Source: a virus
Lineage: Duplodnaviria; Caudoviricetes
Direction: 5' to 3' (one strand)
Length of the DNA: 55,807 nt
IMG/VR virus record: IMGVR_UViG_3300017963_000313
Span: 1 to 55,807 of that record
A model generated the notes under the pieces. That model worked only from the letters and a program-made list of their open reading frames with translations, had not been told where the DNA came from and ran no database searches. Positions 9,909-21,800 of this stretch are shown here, piece by piece. The position numbers and the translations under genes were made by a program. Within the stretch, counting starts at the first letter, position 1. Every line of letters starts with the position of its first letter.

Positions 9909-10305
9909 ATTTGCACCCACCACAGCCGCCACCAGAGCTTGGCGGTCTTTCTTCACCGTCTGATAACTCATTTAATTGTTCTGTATCAAAATCTATCTGT
10001 GCAAGCACTATATCTTCCTCACTGGCATTCTCTGCATCGTCTGGTATAACTTTTTCTACCCATTTTGGAGGGTCATCTGGACACTTTTCTGTCCCCCAGG
10101 CTAATTTATTAAGTGTCGTTCCCTCTCTTCTAACATGACACCCACATAATCCACAAGAATCATTGTCAAAATATTCACATGGCGAGCATTGTTCGTCATA
10201 TATTTCGGCAATTTCTTCTTCTGTTCTTAGTGGTCTACCAGCAGCCATCCATTGCGCCCTGGATATTAAATATTTTTTAAGTGCGGATATCACTGGCGTC
10301 TGCAC
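9907..10305 (-). CDS. Cys-rich putative metal-binding protein
   Basis: CSPC...CGLCGC...CP..KW; last gene of the tail block. Confidence 0.65.
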   Translation of the reverse strand: MQTPVISALKKYLISRAQWMAAGRPLRTEEEIAEIYDEQCSPCEYFDNDSCGLCGCHVRREGTTLNKLAWGTEKCPDDPPKWVEKVIPDDAENASEEDIVLAQIDFDTEQLNELSDGEERPPSSGGGCGGCK

Positions 10306-11149
10306 AGGCTATGCCTGCCCCTCCATTAAAAAGGTCTATATGTAATTGTTCCCACTCTCCTGATGAGCGTGGACATCTATGTAATTTAACATTGTCTAAA
10401 AGTACAAAGTTATTGTTATCGTATCCTAAATCATGATATGTAGGACTCCCTGTAATGTCGGCATTATTTTTACAACCTATCCTAAATTTATAATCTTTAA
10501 CGGCACATCTAAAACTACTGATTCCACCAATAGAAGTGGTTAGAGATAACTGGGGCGCAGTTTGACCTACCTCTGTTGCATATTCATAAAAATGTAATGT
10601 ACCTTCGTCATTCCATCCCACTGTTACAAATGTCCAAACACCAGTAGTGATACCTAATTGAAGACCTATAGCATTTCCACCATTTGTTAAACCAACAATT
10701 GGCCTCACAGATTTTTTAGTACTGCCTCCTAATCCTGGATTTTCCCAACTAACAGTATATTCATGGTCATTGCACGGTGGGCTACTACCCACTTGAAAAC
10801 ATCCTTTAGAAACAATCGCAGAAGTGAGATATCCTGAAGGGTCAGCAGCCCACTCATGATAAATCCAAAATGAAAAACCCATACCTCTTTGTCTATTATT
10901 TAAACTGTACAGCTTATTATGTTCGTCCTCAAAAAAACCATGGGCAACTGATAGGTCTACCTGCTTATTACCATTATCAGTGAATTTTCTAGCATTGCCT
11001 ATATTTCCCCCTGCACTTCCTACTGTACCTACTAAACTTAAGTTTAAGCATGCATAAGAATCGTCTACGCCCCCACTGGTTTCATCCATTGTATAACAAG
11101 GTCCAGGAGTACCACACTCAAGGCCCCCCGGCATATTAAATTTAACCAT
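10277..11149 (-). CDS. LamG/concanavalin-A-like tail-associated protein
   Basis: FSFWIY, WTFVTVGW, FRIG and LDNVKL pattern. Confidence 0.7.
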   Translation of the reverse strand: MVKFNMPGGLECGTPGPCYTMDETSGGVDDSYACLNLSLVGTVGSAGGNIGNARKFTDNGNKQVDLSVAHGFFEDEHNKLYSLNNRQRGMGFSFWIYHEWAADPSGYLTSAIVSKGCFQVGSSPPCNDHEYTVSWENPGLGGSTKKSVRPIVGLTNGGNAIGLQLGITTGVWTFVTVGWNDEGTLHFYEYATEVGQTAPQLSLTTSIGGISSFRCAVKDYKFRIGCKNNADITGSPTYHDLGYDNNNFVLLDNVKLHRCPRSSGEWEQLHIDLFNGGAGIACADASDIRT

Positions 11150-11161
11150 CGCCTTCCTCCT

Positions 11162-14100
11162 TTATGGACAGGTACAATCCTCAAAGCCAATATACCATGT
11201 ACCCGTTAAATCACGATGTATAAGTGTCCACGCAAAAGCACTAATAGACTCGTTAGTTAAATTGTATGCAAAAACGGGAGGTTCTACGGGAACTAAATTA
11301 GTACCATCATGCATATGAACCTGAATTTGTCCACCCGTAGGCTGGCCATCTGCAACACGAGCAGCAATACCGGCACTGGGTGCTCTACCTACATGATTTT
11401 GAGCCTGTCCTGATGGCAATAATTGTCCTAGGTCTTGACCACTAGAGAATGGAAATAGTGGCAACAAATTAGTAGGGGGCGTTTCTACAATATTGTAATT
11501 ACATTCTGCGGGGTCATACTCACAGTAAACAGGATAGCCCGAAGGTAATACGTGTCCCAATCCATTGTTAATTGTAATGACAGGATTACTAACTTCATTA
11601 CCGTCTTCATCATACCACGTAGAACTCTCATCGTCTACGGCGGCGTCTATACTGGTTGTACTACTTGTAAGATTACCAAGCAAATTTGCCTTAAGGAATC
11701 TAAACTTGTTAGGAGCAGCAACCCAAACACCACGCTCTCTATCTAGACGTAAATCTACAGGGGCAACCGGCCAAGTTTCTGACTTACGAAGAAAATCCTT
11801 CATGAAGTTATCTTTTAGCTCGGTCTCTACAAATGTGCCTTGTTTAGTGTCTTCTTCTACATCGGCTTCATTAGGTACCGGCTTACCAGCCAAGTCATAT
11901 CCCCAGCTTTGCATAACCAGCGGACCACGCAATGCCATAAATCTATAGTCGTCTTCATAGTCCGCAGCAGACTCTTCAGAGTACCCAGCCAAAGGCATCA
12001 TTAAGCCACCTTCGGGCGAGGTGTCGCCTCTGGCAACCATTTCTATATCATGGCCAACCTTACTTTCACCCTCTTCTTGGTCGTGGATTTGTGCTCTAGC
12101 TTTACCGGGAGGATTACTAAATGGATTAAGATAGTTCTGAGATTCCTTTAAGGCGTGTACTACATCTCCACCCTGGTCGTCTTGTACTGGTGGTAGAGTT
12201 TCAACAGGTCCACGCTCTCCACCATTTTCACAGGCTCCTAATGGGGTAATATATCTGGGTAGCTCTCCATCCCCATCCATAGATACCGGACGTAATAAGC
12301 CATCAAGACTCATCATGGCCATACTACTATAGGTATCATCATTACCCATATAGTAGTTGATATCTTTAATACTCATATCTTGAACACGTGGTCTAGTGAA
12401 TGCTTTGTCGTCACTATCTTCTGTAGAGTCCCAATCGTGTACACTTCCTGTTAAAACACTATGTGGAGTTCTCGCGGGAATAATATCACTTCTAATATCT
12501 AAGCTCGTAGTAGTTGCCCAATCTCCAAAGCTAGTAGGTCTAATAAACCTAACACTACTTCCTCCAAGTCTAAAGATATTCTCTCGTCTAACAGCGCTGG
12601 CAGCATTAACACCAAGCTGTTCTAATCTACGAGAATTTGCCTTAGAGAATCTACCAAATTTTGGAGTAAAAGTATTAAACTGATATTCTGTACGTAAACC
12701 CTCTGGTCCTATCGAGGTGGTTACAGATGTAATATTTGGCCCGTATATACCACTCCACTTATCTGTATATTGGAAAAACCCATATGAATTGGTAAGTACA
12801 ACATCAGTACTAAGGCTTCTATTTTCTACTAAGTGATGGCCCCCACCAAAAAATCCACCAGCCAAAGCCCCTAGTTCAGCACCAAGAGGAACGGTGGGAT
12901 ATCCAGGCACAGAAATAAAACCCTTTTCTCCAACTTGCATATTTGTAATGGCTTCATCGGCCTGTGCCTGCCCCGCTAGATTCATAACAGCATAGCTACC
13001 ATAATTCCAGGGCACTATATTGGCGTTGGTAGAAACATTTGTTTGTCCGGGCGGTCCTAAATTAGCCCACGGACCATAAGTTAATACTGTACTTTCAATA
13101 CCAAAAGCGGCACCATCAATCATTTTAGGAAGAGCAATAACTTTTTTAGTAACCTCTAAAGAGTCTGGCTTTTTCCATATCTCATTTAGTTTATCCCCCT
13201 CTTCTGTTCCAAATAATAATTTAATAGCATTTTGAAAACCTTCGACACTATATTTACTATCGCTTTTTTCATAAGTAACAGCCGGTACTTCGATAACCAC
13301 ACGAGGGCCAAAAAAGGTAGAGTGGTCATGATATACAAAGTCTTCAGACACCGCAGAGGCACGAACATACATCCCCGTATCATCACTATTACGTAACCAT
13401 GCGTCATACGGCATTCTATCACTATAAAATAATGATTTGTCTCCATTGTCTTGATAGTAAACAAGAGCTTCAATTTTATTAGTTTCGTTTCGGAAAAAAC
13501 TTAGTTGAGGTTCCCTTAGTCCTAGTACGTCAACGGCTCCCGGTGTAGGAAATTCTGTCCAACCATCAGCCTTTGGAGTCTCACTTGGAATAACTTGAAT
13601 ACTTTCACCGTCTAATTGTACGCAGGTAAAAGGTACTCTAACAGCAAATTGTCGGCCTAGTTGATTATAATATTCTACAAGCTTAGCCAAAAGTCTTTCT
13701 ACATCATCAAAAATTTCTGCTCCTACCTCATCTTGCACATCTTTAAGATTAGCCCCTTTTGGATTAAGTGCATCAATACCAAGAATCTGATTACCGTTTT
13801 GTCCACGGCCATCAAACCATTTTTTTAATATATTTAATGCTCCCTCAACAAATGCTCCTTCTGGCAGGGCAAAACCTAATACACCAGCAGCACTAACTAA
13901 GGCTGTGTAAAGAATAGTGGGCGACCCCTGTTCATCTGCCGCTTTATTTAAGGCATAAAATAAGTCAGTACCATTAGCGGCTAAATACAGGTCTTTAAGA
14001 CTAATAGTAATTTTACCATCAGCCGTAGGAGATATTAATTCTAAAACCTTAAAACCTTGATTAAGAATATCAATTTCAATATCAAAATACCAAAATCCAT

Positions 14101-15403
14101 CGGCATCTTTACAAGCTACTATAAAATCTTTATTTGAATCAAGGCCAAAGAAGGGTAGGATAGTATCGTCAATCTCGTTACAGCCAGTATCAAACAGGCT
14201 ACCCTGGCTAATTCTATTGGTACCGTCTCCCTCTGGGTCAAAACTTTGGTAGGCTTGATATATAGTGTTTTTAGCACCACCAATGACAAAAGAACTTAGT
14301 GGCTCATTTCTAAGCTCTTGCCCTTTATTATATGAGACCGCACTATTGTTATTATTATCAATAAATTTCTGTATTTCATTAAGGGCAGGCTGCCTAAAGC
14401 GAGATACTGTGCGAACTTTGATAAGTTTAGCAATACCACTACCGACAACCGCACTAAAGGAATCTCTAATAGGCAATAGCTCTATATAGTAGTCATGACC
14501 AGAAGCTTCTGTTAATTCATTAATCAGGTCCATAACAGAAATGCTAGTACCGCTAAACCTAAAATATGTTGGGGCAACGGGTAGTTCACTTAGGTCTAGA
14601 AAATACTCACTAAAGTCTAAGCTGTCAGCAGACATTAAACCATAGTTACCGGACTGCACACCCCGATACATCACACGACCATAAGGAGACCATGTATTAG
14701 AAGCTCTTGGTATTCTATTAGCAAGAACATTTAAGGCAGTACGGATAGAGTGCCATTGCATACCATTATCATTTGTATTGGCCCCACCATAACCATCGGC
14801 GGGAGAACCAAAAACGGCACCATCAGGAAACAAGTCTCCAAAGTTATATGCACCCTGCGTAGTTTGAGATAGTTGTGGACACAATATACCAAAAGACTCC
14901 ATGTAACCATATACATTAAACAGATTGTATGCATTAGCTACAGTACCGGCATAGTCACCAATAATAAGCTGTGTATTTTCTAATATAAGCCGGGGGTCCG
15001 TGATTTGTACTGTGTAGGTAGGATTGCCGCCAGGATTATTTGTTTGTTCCCAGCTTTGAATAATGCCCGCATACTCAAAATCGGCCACTCTAAAATATAC
15101 AGGACAACCAATAATATCTTTGGTTAATCCTAGGAATCCGGGGTCGGCTGCCGTAGTACTTTGTTTATACAGGTTAGAATCCCAGTAAAACTTGGGTAGT
15201 GCTGGGTCTGCCTCACAATTATCTTCTACAAGACGTACTGTTAAACTTCCTGTTTGTGAGTTCCAACCACCAGAAGCGGAAAAAGACTGTACACTACACC
15301 CTAGGAAAAGTGTCTGTTCAAAGCCCCCAAATATATTAGAGGGACTACACTCATTTTTTACCGGAGTATTAGTTGTAGAAAAAGTAACATTACTATTGGT
15401 CAT
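11162..15403 (-). CDS. large distal tail / hub-like virion protein
   Basis: 1413 aa, beta-rich, downstream of the tape measure gene. Confidence 0.6.
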   Translation of the reverse strand: MTNSNVTFSTTNTPVKNECSPSNIFGGFEQTLFLGCSVQSFSASGGWNSQTGSLTVRLVEDNCEADPALPKFYWDSNLYKQSTTAADPGFLGLTKDIIGCPVYFRVADFEYAGIIQSWEQTNNPGGNPTYTVQITDPRLILENTQLIIGDYAGTVANAYNLFNVYGYMESFGILCPQLSQTTQGAYNFGDLFPDGAVFGSPADGYGGANTNDNGMQWHSIRTALNVLANRIPRASNTWSPYGRVMYRGVQSGNYGLMSADSLDFSEYFLDLSELPVAPTYFRFSGTSISVMDLINELTEASGHDYYIELLPIRDSFSAVVGSGIAKLIKVRTVSRFRQPALNEIQKFIDNNNNSAVSYNKGQELRNEPLSSFVIGGAKNTIYQAYQSFDPEGDGTNRISQGSLFDTGCNEIDDTILPFFGLDSNKDFIVACKDADGFWYFDIEIDILNQGFKVLELISPTADGKITISLKDLYLAANGTDLFYALNKAADEQGSPTILYTALVSAAGVLGFALPEGAFVEGALNILKKWFDGRGQNGNQILGIDALNPKGANLKDVQDEVGAEIFDDVERLLAKLVEYYNQLGRQFAVRVPFTCVQLDGESIQVIPSETPKADGWTEFPTPGAVDVLGLREPQLSFFRNETNKIEALVYYQDNGDKSLFYSDRMPYDAWLRNSDDTGMYVRASAVSEDFVYHDHSTFFGPRVVIEVPAVTYEKSDSKYSVEGFQNAIKLLFGTEEGDKLNEIWKKPDSLEVTKKVIALPKMIDGAAFGIESTVLTYGPWANLGPPGQTNVSTNANIVPWNYGSYAVMNLAGQAQADEAITNMQVGEKGFISVPGYPTVPLGAELGALAGGFFGGGHHLVENRSLSTDVVLTNSYGFFQYTDKWSGIYGPNITSVTTSIGPEGLRTEYQFNTFTPKFGRFSKANSRRLEQLGVNAASAVRRENIFRLGGSSVRFIRPTSFGDWATTTSLDIRSDIIPARTPHSVLTGSVHDWDSTEDSDDKAFTRPRVQDMSIKDINYYMGNDDTYSSMAMMSLDGLLRPVSMDGDGELPRYITPLGACENGGERGPVETLPPVQDDQGGDVVHALKESQNYLNPFSNPPGKARAQIHDQEEGESKVGHDIEMVARGDTSPEGGLMMPLAGYSEESAADYEDDYRFMALRGPLVMQSWGYDLAGKPVPNEADVEEDTKQGTFVETELKDNFMKDFLRKSETWPVAPVDLRLDRERGVWVAAPNKFRFLKANLLGNLTSSTTSIDAAVDDESSTWYDEDGNEVSNPVITINNGLGHVLPSGYPVYCEYDPAECNYNIVETPPTNLLPLFPFSSGQDLGQLLPSGQAQNHVGRAPSAGIAARVADGQPTGGQIQVHMHDGTNLVPVEPPVFAYNLTNESISAFAWTLIHRDLTGTWYIGFEDCTCP

Positions 15404-15415
15404 GAATTCCTGTCC

Positions 15416-16942
15416 TTATGAAGCATCTGTACTATTCAGTGCATATAATATTGAGCCTATTGAATTAACACCCGCTATACTAGCATTGCTAGCTAAGAAG
15501 GTATTAGATACATCGAAAGTACCTGTTTCTGGTGTTAGGTCTAGGTCTAACAAATTACTCTGTCCTACACCCCGTAGATAAGCACTACCATTAATATCAA
15601 AGTGTGAACCGGCCATGTGTGACCAGCTTGTAGAGTCTGTTAAATTAAAGTCGTTGGTAATATTAAATACACCAGTATTAGATGTAAGTGTGCCCCCTCC
15701 ACCAATAGAGAGATTACTTAGACTTTGAGTGCCAGAGCTATCCCAAAAAATATAGTTCCCACCAGTGACATTTATACTAAGATTATACATTGTTATGGGT
15801 AAAACTACAACCCCCTGTCCATTAACAATAGTATATCTATCCTGAAATGGGCTATAATTATCTGGCTCGATAGTGAGCAGAGGATTGCCGGTGGTGTTAT
15901 CACTATTCTGTATAAGAATTTCACCCTTATCAATATTAAAGGTTCCACCGTCTACAATAAAGTGTTTACTAAACCTGTTAAGATTTGATATAGATAATGT
16001 ACCGCTATAATTACTAGGTGTTTTTAAGCTATATACATCAAGGCCTGTAGGGCTATTTAGTGTTAGGTTGTAGTTGTCTACAAAATAAACAGCATCTCGT
16101 ACTGTGGGGGAGGTATTAACCAAATTCCAGTTAGACACCTTCAAAATATCACTATCAGAACCTACCCAGGTCGCACTGTATCCATTATGTATAGCCTGCC
16201 TATCTTGTTCTGACAAAGCATAATTATACAAACGAACATCCTGTATGTCTATGGGGGTCGTTTCACCAAGTCCACTTACACACCCAATAGTAGTGCGTCC
16301 GGGAGTTGTGAAGTTAATCTGTGTCCCCGTAAAGCCGGGGGTGCCTGTAACACTAACTATATTGTTGGATGAATCACTATGGGAGAGAATCATCCTATCA
16401 TTATCTAGGTCTAGAATACCTATGGTGGTTTCCCAGTCTGCGGGCTCTCCAGAAACACTGTGTTCAAGCGTAAAACCAGTTTCCGAAGGCATATGCACAG
16501 TAAAAGCATCTAAACCAGAATTATTATGTAGTGCCAGACCTATATTTACACCCTGTTCAGTGGGCATATTAAAATAGTAAGCGGCTCCGGTTCCGGTGGG
16601 GTGAGCGGCTGTAGAACCCAAAGTTGAAAACTTACGAGTAGCCACTACAGAAATAGCAGTTAATCCATTAAGATTTTGATATGTGTGGCCAAAATCTACA
16701 TGTTGATTACCACTACACCCCAAAAATATACCGTCATTATCATACGCGACATTAGGACCATTCTCATCATACCATTTGACAGGACCGGCGAGTACACCGC
16801 GAAATCTGCCTAGGTCATCTGCAACACCAATACCTGTATTACTAGTATATATCCATCTAGCAATGAGGCCATTAGCGGTATTAACATTATTAAGGTCTTT
16901 AGATATAGTTGAGACCAACTGCGTTTGTGAACTAAAAGCCAT
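15416..16942 (-). CDS. LamG domain plus beta-helix-like virion protein
   Basis: GLIARW...IQDVRLYNYALS LamG boundaries, followed by an N/T/S/G-rich region. Confidence 0.7.
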   Translation of the reverse strand: MAFSSQTQLVSTISKDLNNVNTANGLIARWIYTSNTGIGVADDLGRFRGVLAGPVKWYDENGPNVAYDNDGIFLGCSGNQHVDFGHTYQNLNGLTAISVVATRKFSTLGSTAAHPTGTGAAYYFNMPTEQGVNIGLALHNNSGLDAFTVHMPSETGFTLEHSVSGEPADWETTIGILDLDNDRMILSHSDSSNNIVSVTGTPGFTGTQINFTTPGRTTIGCVSGLGETTPIDIQDVRLYNYALSEQDRQAIHNGYSATWVGSDSDILKVSNWNLVNTSPTVRDAVYFVDNYNLTLNSPTGLDVYSLKTPSNYSGTLSISNLNRFSKHFIVDGGTFNIDKGEILIQNSDNTTGNPLLTIEPDNYSPFQDRYTIVNGQGVVVLPITMYNLSINVTGGNYIFWDSSGTQSLSNLSIGGGGTLTSNTGVFNITNDFNLTDSTSWSHMAGSHFDINGSAYLRGVGQSNLLDLDLTPETGTFDVSNTFLASNASIAGVNSIGSILYALNSTDAS

Positions 16943-17308
16943 TTATACGCCGGTAATTTGGTCTACGTATGCGTCTAGTGTTGTGTCATAAGTGCTATCG
17001 GGAGTACTAGTAATCCGCACGTTTTTAATACTAATGGGAATTTCTATATGCTGAGAGGTTACCACGCCGGTACCCGTAGGTGCAATCATAGAACTGCCTA
17101 GGTCAAACCAGTTTGTTTGGTCAGGACTTACTTCAGGCTGGACTATAGCGCCTGTAGCCGCCCCATTAGTGGCATCATTAGTAAGCTTAATATATAAAGA
17201 GGCACCATATCCACTAGTTAGAGCAACAAGTGCAGATACAGTATCGGTATCGCCACCCGTTAATGTGGTGGATGCATGTAGTGTATTTGTTTCTTTTACG
17301 CTTGCCAT
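16943..17308 (-). CDS. small beta-sandwich virion protein
   Basis: EVSPDQTNWFD motif; tail operon position. Confidence 0.55.
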   Translation of the reverse strand: MASVKETNTLHASTTLTGGDTDTVSALVALTSGYGASLYIKLTNDATNGAATGAIVQPEVSPDQTNWFDLGSSMIAPTGTGVVTSQHIEIPISIKNVRITSTPDSTYDTTLDAYVDQITGV

Positions 17309-17326
17309 ATTATTTTCCTTAGATAA

Positions 17327-18820
17327 TTAACAGAAAGATGTATTTGGTGCTGGACCTGTACAATTAGTAGCGGACCAGGATACGCTTCTGGAATATCTAC
17401 CAGTTTTGGGATTCCACGAGGATGTATCACCATCCTTAAATACTTGGTCATATGTGCTTGTTAGGTCGGTTTCTACAGAGCATAATAACGAACTCACATC
17501 TCCGGTAGGAGCGGCAGCTACAGCAGTAGACCAATAATCATTAGTACAACCTGTTGGGGGCTCCATAACAGCATCAATCGTTACCTGTCTCCTAAATTTG
17601 GTTACAGTACTTATTTCCTGCATAATAGGACCGCGAGACCTACCTAGTACAACAAGTTCTGCAAATACGTCAGTTGGATGCGTATCACTAATTGTAATAT
17701 TTTCTGAACGCGCCCCATCTATATAGTTACACGGTCTATCATCATATACATAGGAATATGTAATAGTACCACCAGCAGGATTATGTCCTACAGACAGGCT
17801 AAGTGGGTCAATGTTAATAGTTCTGGTGGCTAATGGAGAAGCAACCTTATTAACGCGCCCATACAACTTAGACTGAACACCCGCCCAATAGGTTTCGGCA
17901 GAGGCATACTTAGTAGTAGTAACATCATATCCGTCTGGCTGAGTATATACCTTGGTATCTAAACCCTGGATAGTACCATCAATGTTAACGGTAGTCATTC
18001 CAGTTTCCTGGCTTTCCTGAATATTGATATTAAAATCTTCAAGAGCAGGACTAGTTAAACCAGCAATACCAGTATTTAAAACCAACCAGCTTTCGGTAAC
18101 ACCATAAGAGCCCGCTGTCTCACTATATTGTTGTGTACGAACATGGTCATAAAAACCCAGTTCATCGACAGGCAGGGCCATAGCACCACTAAATGGGGTT
18201 GTACTTTCACCCAGTCTAGGAATAACCCACCCACTAGCCTGCTGCCACGCCTCCATTTGCAAACCATTGATATCATAGTTTCGCTTGCCAACAGCACTAA
18301 CAGTGTGGCTCAATCTAAGGGCATATGAGGTGGAGTCATCAGTGCTACCATCAATTGTCCAGTTGTATAGGTGTTTATCGGTTAAAAACTCTATTTGCCA
18401 ATCTTCGTTAGCTGCACTAATATATTGACTATGCAAGGCAGAATCTTCATCGGTATCATCCTCGTTCATGGTCAAATTTATAGTATATGGTGTTGTCATC
18501 ACCCAATTATCATTTGAGGGATTGAAGTTAATATTCGTTACTTGGGGATAACCACTTAAAATGACTGTAGAATCACATAGTACCAAAAACTCTTGACCTT
18601 GGTCTTTAAAGATATGTCTTAAATCGTCCTGTAAATTATCTACATTAACATATCCAGTTTCACCATCAGGCAAAGGTGTAAGTGTACCTTGTAGTGTAAT
18701 ATTAAGTTCTGCACCAATAGGGGTGGCGTCTTGTGTGAAATTAAACTGTTTGGCTATACTCATGAAGGGTACGGGACTTAATCCGCTGCCCCCATAGGAC
18801 ATAGTTACCTGATTGCTCAT
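17327..18820 (-). CDS. distal tail protein
   Basis: Immediately follows and overlaps the tape measure gene; beta-rich. Confidence 0.55.
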   Translation of the reverse strand: MSNQVTMSYGGSGLSPVPFMSIAKQFNFTQDATPIGAELNITLQGTLTPLPDGETGYVNVDNLQDDLRHIFKDQGQEFLVLCDSTVILSGYPQVTNINFNPSNDNWVMTTPYTINLTMNEDDTDEDSALHSQYISAANEDWQIEFLTDKHLYNWTIDGSTDDSTSYALRLSHTVSAVGKRNYDINGLQMEAWQQASGWVIPRLGESTTPFSGAMALPVDELGFYDHVRTQQYSETAGSYGVTESWLVLNTGIAGLTSPALEDFNINIQESQETGMTTVNIDGTIQGLDTKVYTQPDGYDVTTTKYASAETYWAGVQSKLYGRVNKVASPLATRTINIDPLSLSVGHNPAGGTITYSYVYDDRPCNYIDGARSENITISDTHPTDVFAELVVLGRSRGPIMQEISTVTKFRRQVTIDAVMEPPTGCTNDYWSTAVAAAPTGDVSSLLCSVETDLTSTYDQVFKDGDTSSWNPKTGRYSRSVSWSATNCTGPAPNTSFC

Positions 18821-21800
18821 CCTACCATACCTCCGCTACTAATAACTCCACCAACGGGCTCATCAGTTTCTCCAGTTACAGGATTAATTTTAACATGTTT
18901 GCCAATTGCCTTATCAACTTCTGACATAATAAATTGTCGTAAACCAGATTCCAATCCTCCAATACCGTTAACATTAACTTCTACAGTATGCGCACCCTTC
19001 ATAGTAATACTAGATGGAATATTAATATTGTTAAGAGCATTGGCAAGGTCTACCATAGATTGCATATCCATTAAAGCAGGACCAGACGCTCCAACAGAAC
19101 CACCATTATTAAATGCGGGAACATTATTATTAATTGCATGTAGTAAACCAAGATTTCTTTGAGTGGCGTTTCTATTCACAACAAACTCACCCGGAGTCAG
19201 ATGTGCAAGCACACTATCTCTATTAGGACCACCGCCCGGAATAATACCACCACTATTTCTAGGCAGGCCCTTTTCTAGCTGTGTAGTAAGCTTATTGATA
19301 GCCGCAGTAAAAGCGTCAATCGCACTCGGTATCTGTTGAGCAACAATTTCCGCCAAACCTTCAGTAGCTTCAGCCTGCTTTTCAACAGCATTTTCTAAAG
19401 CCTCACGAGCTTCTCTACGTGCCCCACCAGGACCAACAGCCCTACGGCCAATCTCACCCGCTCGACGGTCGCCAAATTCCTGTGCTAAGAACCCTTCGCC
19501 CTGACGACGTAAGAATTCTGCCCGCCCCTGTTGTACTCGTCTACGCTCTTTTTCATTCAGGCTAGCTTGTTCCAATAGGTCAAACCCAGCTTCAGCATCA
19601 GCAACTTGGTCTGCCCGCACACGTTCTCCACGACCAGCCCTTCTAGCTAAATCAATCTGTTGTCTTAATCTAAACTTTTCTTCAGGCCCCGCACCAGCTA
19701 CAGCACCCAGGAGACCTTGAGCCTGTTGTTTTTGAGCCTCCCTTCTTTGTATATCTTTTTCAATAGCCGCAATTTCATCAGTATTGCTAGCAATAAGCTC
19801 TAATGCCTGTTGGGCGCTTTGGAATTGTTCTCTTAAAGCCCTAAGTTCTTCTTGCTGACCAGCAGTAGTGGCAGGACCAAAGTCTTGTATCTGTCTTTGT
19901 AAACCTACAGCACGAGCGGTTATAGCTCGTGGGTCTCTTCTATCCACAGCATCCAAACCGGCTCTCTGACCCAATCTATTTAACTGGGTGTTAAGCGGAT
20001 TTAAACGCTCTTGAATACTTACGGCACGACCACCCAATTGCTCTCTAATTTCAGCAATACGTAATCTACCAGTAGCACGAACACCAGCCGCTCTATCCAA
20101 CTGTTGATTAACTTGTTGTCGTAACTGAGACTCTTTTTCTATAGCCTGAGCACTAAGTTGTAGTTTTTGATTCAGTAGGTCTTGTAGGTCAGCAGCAGTT
20201 TGAAGTGCTCCGGTATCTGCAAAAACAGAGTTTATTATGTCTTGTAGACCGCCGCTACGGATAAAATCAAGACCACCAATACTATTTTCTAATTCTTCTT
20301 CTAGTTGTTTACCAATTTCTGAACCGAAGTCTATCCCCACACCAGCAAACAAGCTCGATAGGGATGCTGTAATAATGCTTTCTGCATCTGTTGTATCGTC
20401 TCGGTCGCTTAAAGCAGCAGAAGCCCGCTGTTCTAAACTCGGCAACAGATTTTGTATTAGTCTTTGAGTTTCAATAACCTGGGCTAAGTTATTCCCGCTT
20501 GCTCCACCACTGGTTCTAAGAACACCTGTGGCACCAGCCACTTCTGCATCAGTAAATGCATCGATATTACGGAACACATTACGCTGACTTGAGCGGGCTC
20601 CCGTAACTAAGTTCAAACCGCCAGCAGAACTTCTATTCAGGGCACCTTGTAGTCCACTATTAACTTCTTCCGATAGACGATTTATACCAGCCCCAAAAGT
20701 TTCAAACTCTCGTTTTAGAGCTTTAATCTTAGTGGCAAACTCAAAAGCTACTAATGCAGATTTTTCGCTTTCTATTCTAATCTTTTCCTGTTCTTCTGCA
20801 TATTCCTGAGCGGCTTTACTACTATCAATAAATTCTTTAGAAATAGCCCTGAGTACTTTACGTTCTTCTTCTGCTGCAATAGCTAGTTTGTCATCTTCGC
20901 TTACGGGACCGCTAAGTTCTCGGAACCGAATTTGTGCGGCTGTATTATCTGCAATTGTAGCTCTCGAAGCAGCTTTTCTACGCTCGAATGCTGCGGCGGT
21001 ATCTACATCTCTTAGGGCAAATTGTAAACGTAGGTCTTCGCCAGAATCACCACTCAGAATATCAGCAGCACTTCTACCTTTGGCTATTTCGTCACGAATA
21101 AACTTCTCAACAATAGGAGTTGCCTGTTGCGCTAATGCAGATGTCTCTTGACCTCTACTTCTAAACAGTTCAGCCTCTTGTCTAAGCGAGCTTTCTTTTA
21201 AAGCCTCGTCTGACCCAAACACATTACCCACTTGATTAACACCCTCTAAGAGTAATCCTAGTGGGCCAAGTGCCAATCTACCTAATCTAGCTGCATTAGT
21301 ATCTCCGGTGGCTAAACCAATACCTACATCAGCAACAGCACTCAGAATACCACCCTGAGCACCAAGTTCACCCCTACCTGTCTCTCCGGTCAGAAGACCT
21401 CTAAGGACACCTCCTCCACGACCAATGGCATTACCTTGGCCTTGAGCAAAACCACTAGCTGCAATGTTACTTACCTGAACATTAAGAGCCTTAGTAAATC
21501 TTTCAACACTTTCTGTGCTCTTATCAAGACCACTAAATGCTTCGGACAGTTCTTTAGAACTATCTGCTAGAGCCTGTTGTTCTCTTTCTACAGCTTCAGC
21601 AGTTTGAGCATTAAAGAAGGAGTCTATACCACCTATAAGACCACCAGCCAGAGCACCAACACCAGTACCTATAGGTCCAAAGACAGAGCCAAGAGTGGCT
21701 CCAACACCAGCACCACTTAGAGCACTACCAGCCGCTTTACCCAATGGAGAACTACTATTACCGCTTATAAAACCACCCGCAAGCAATAGGGGGATACTGA

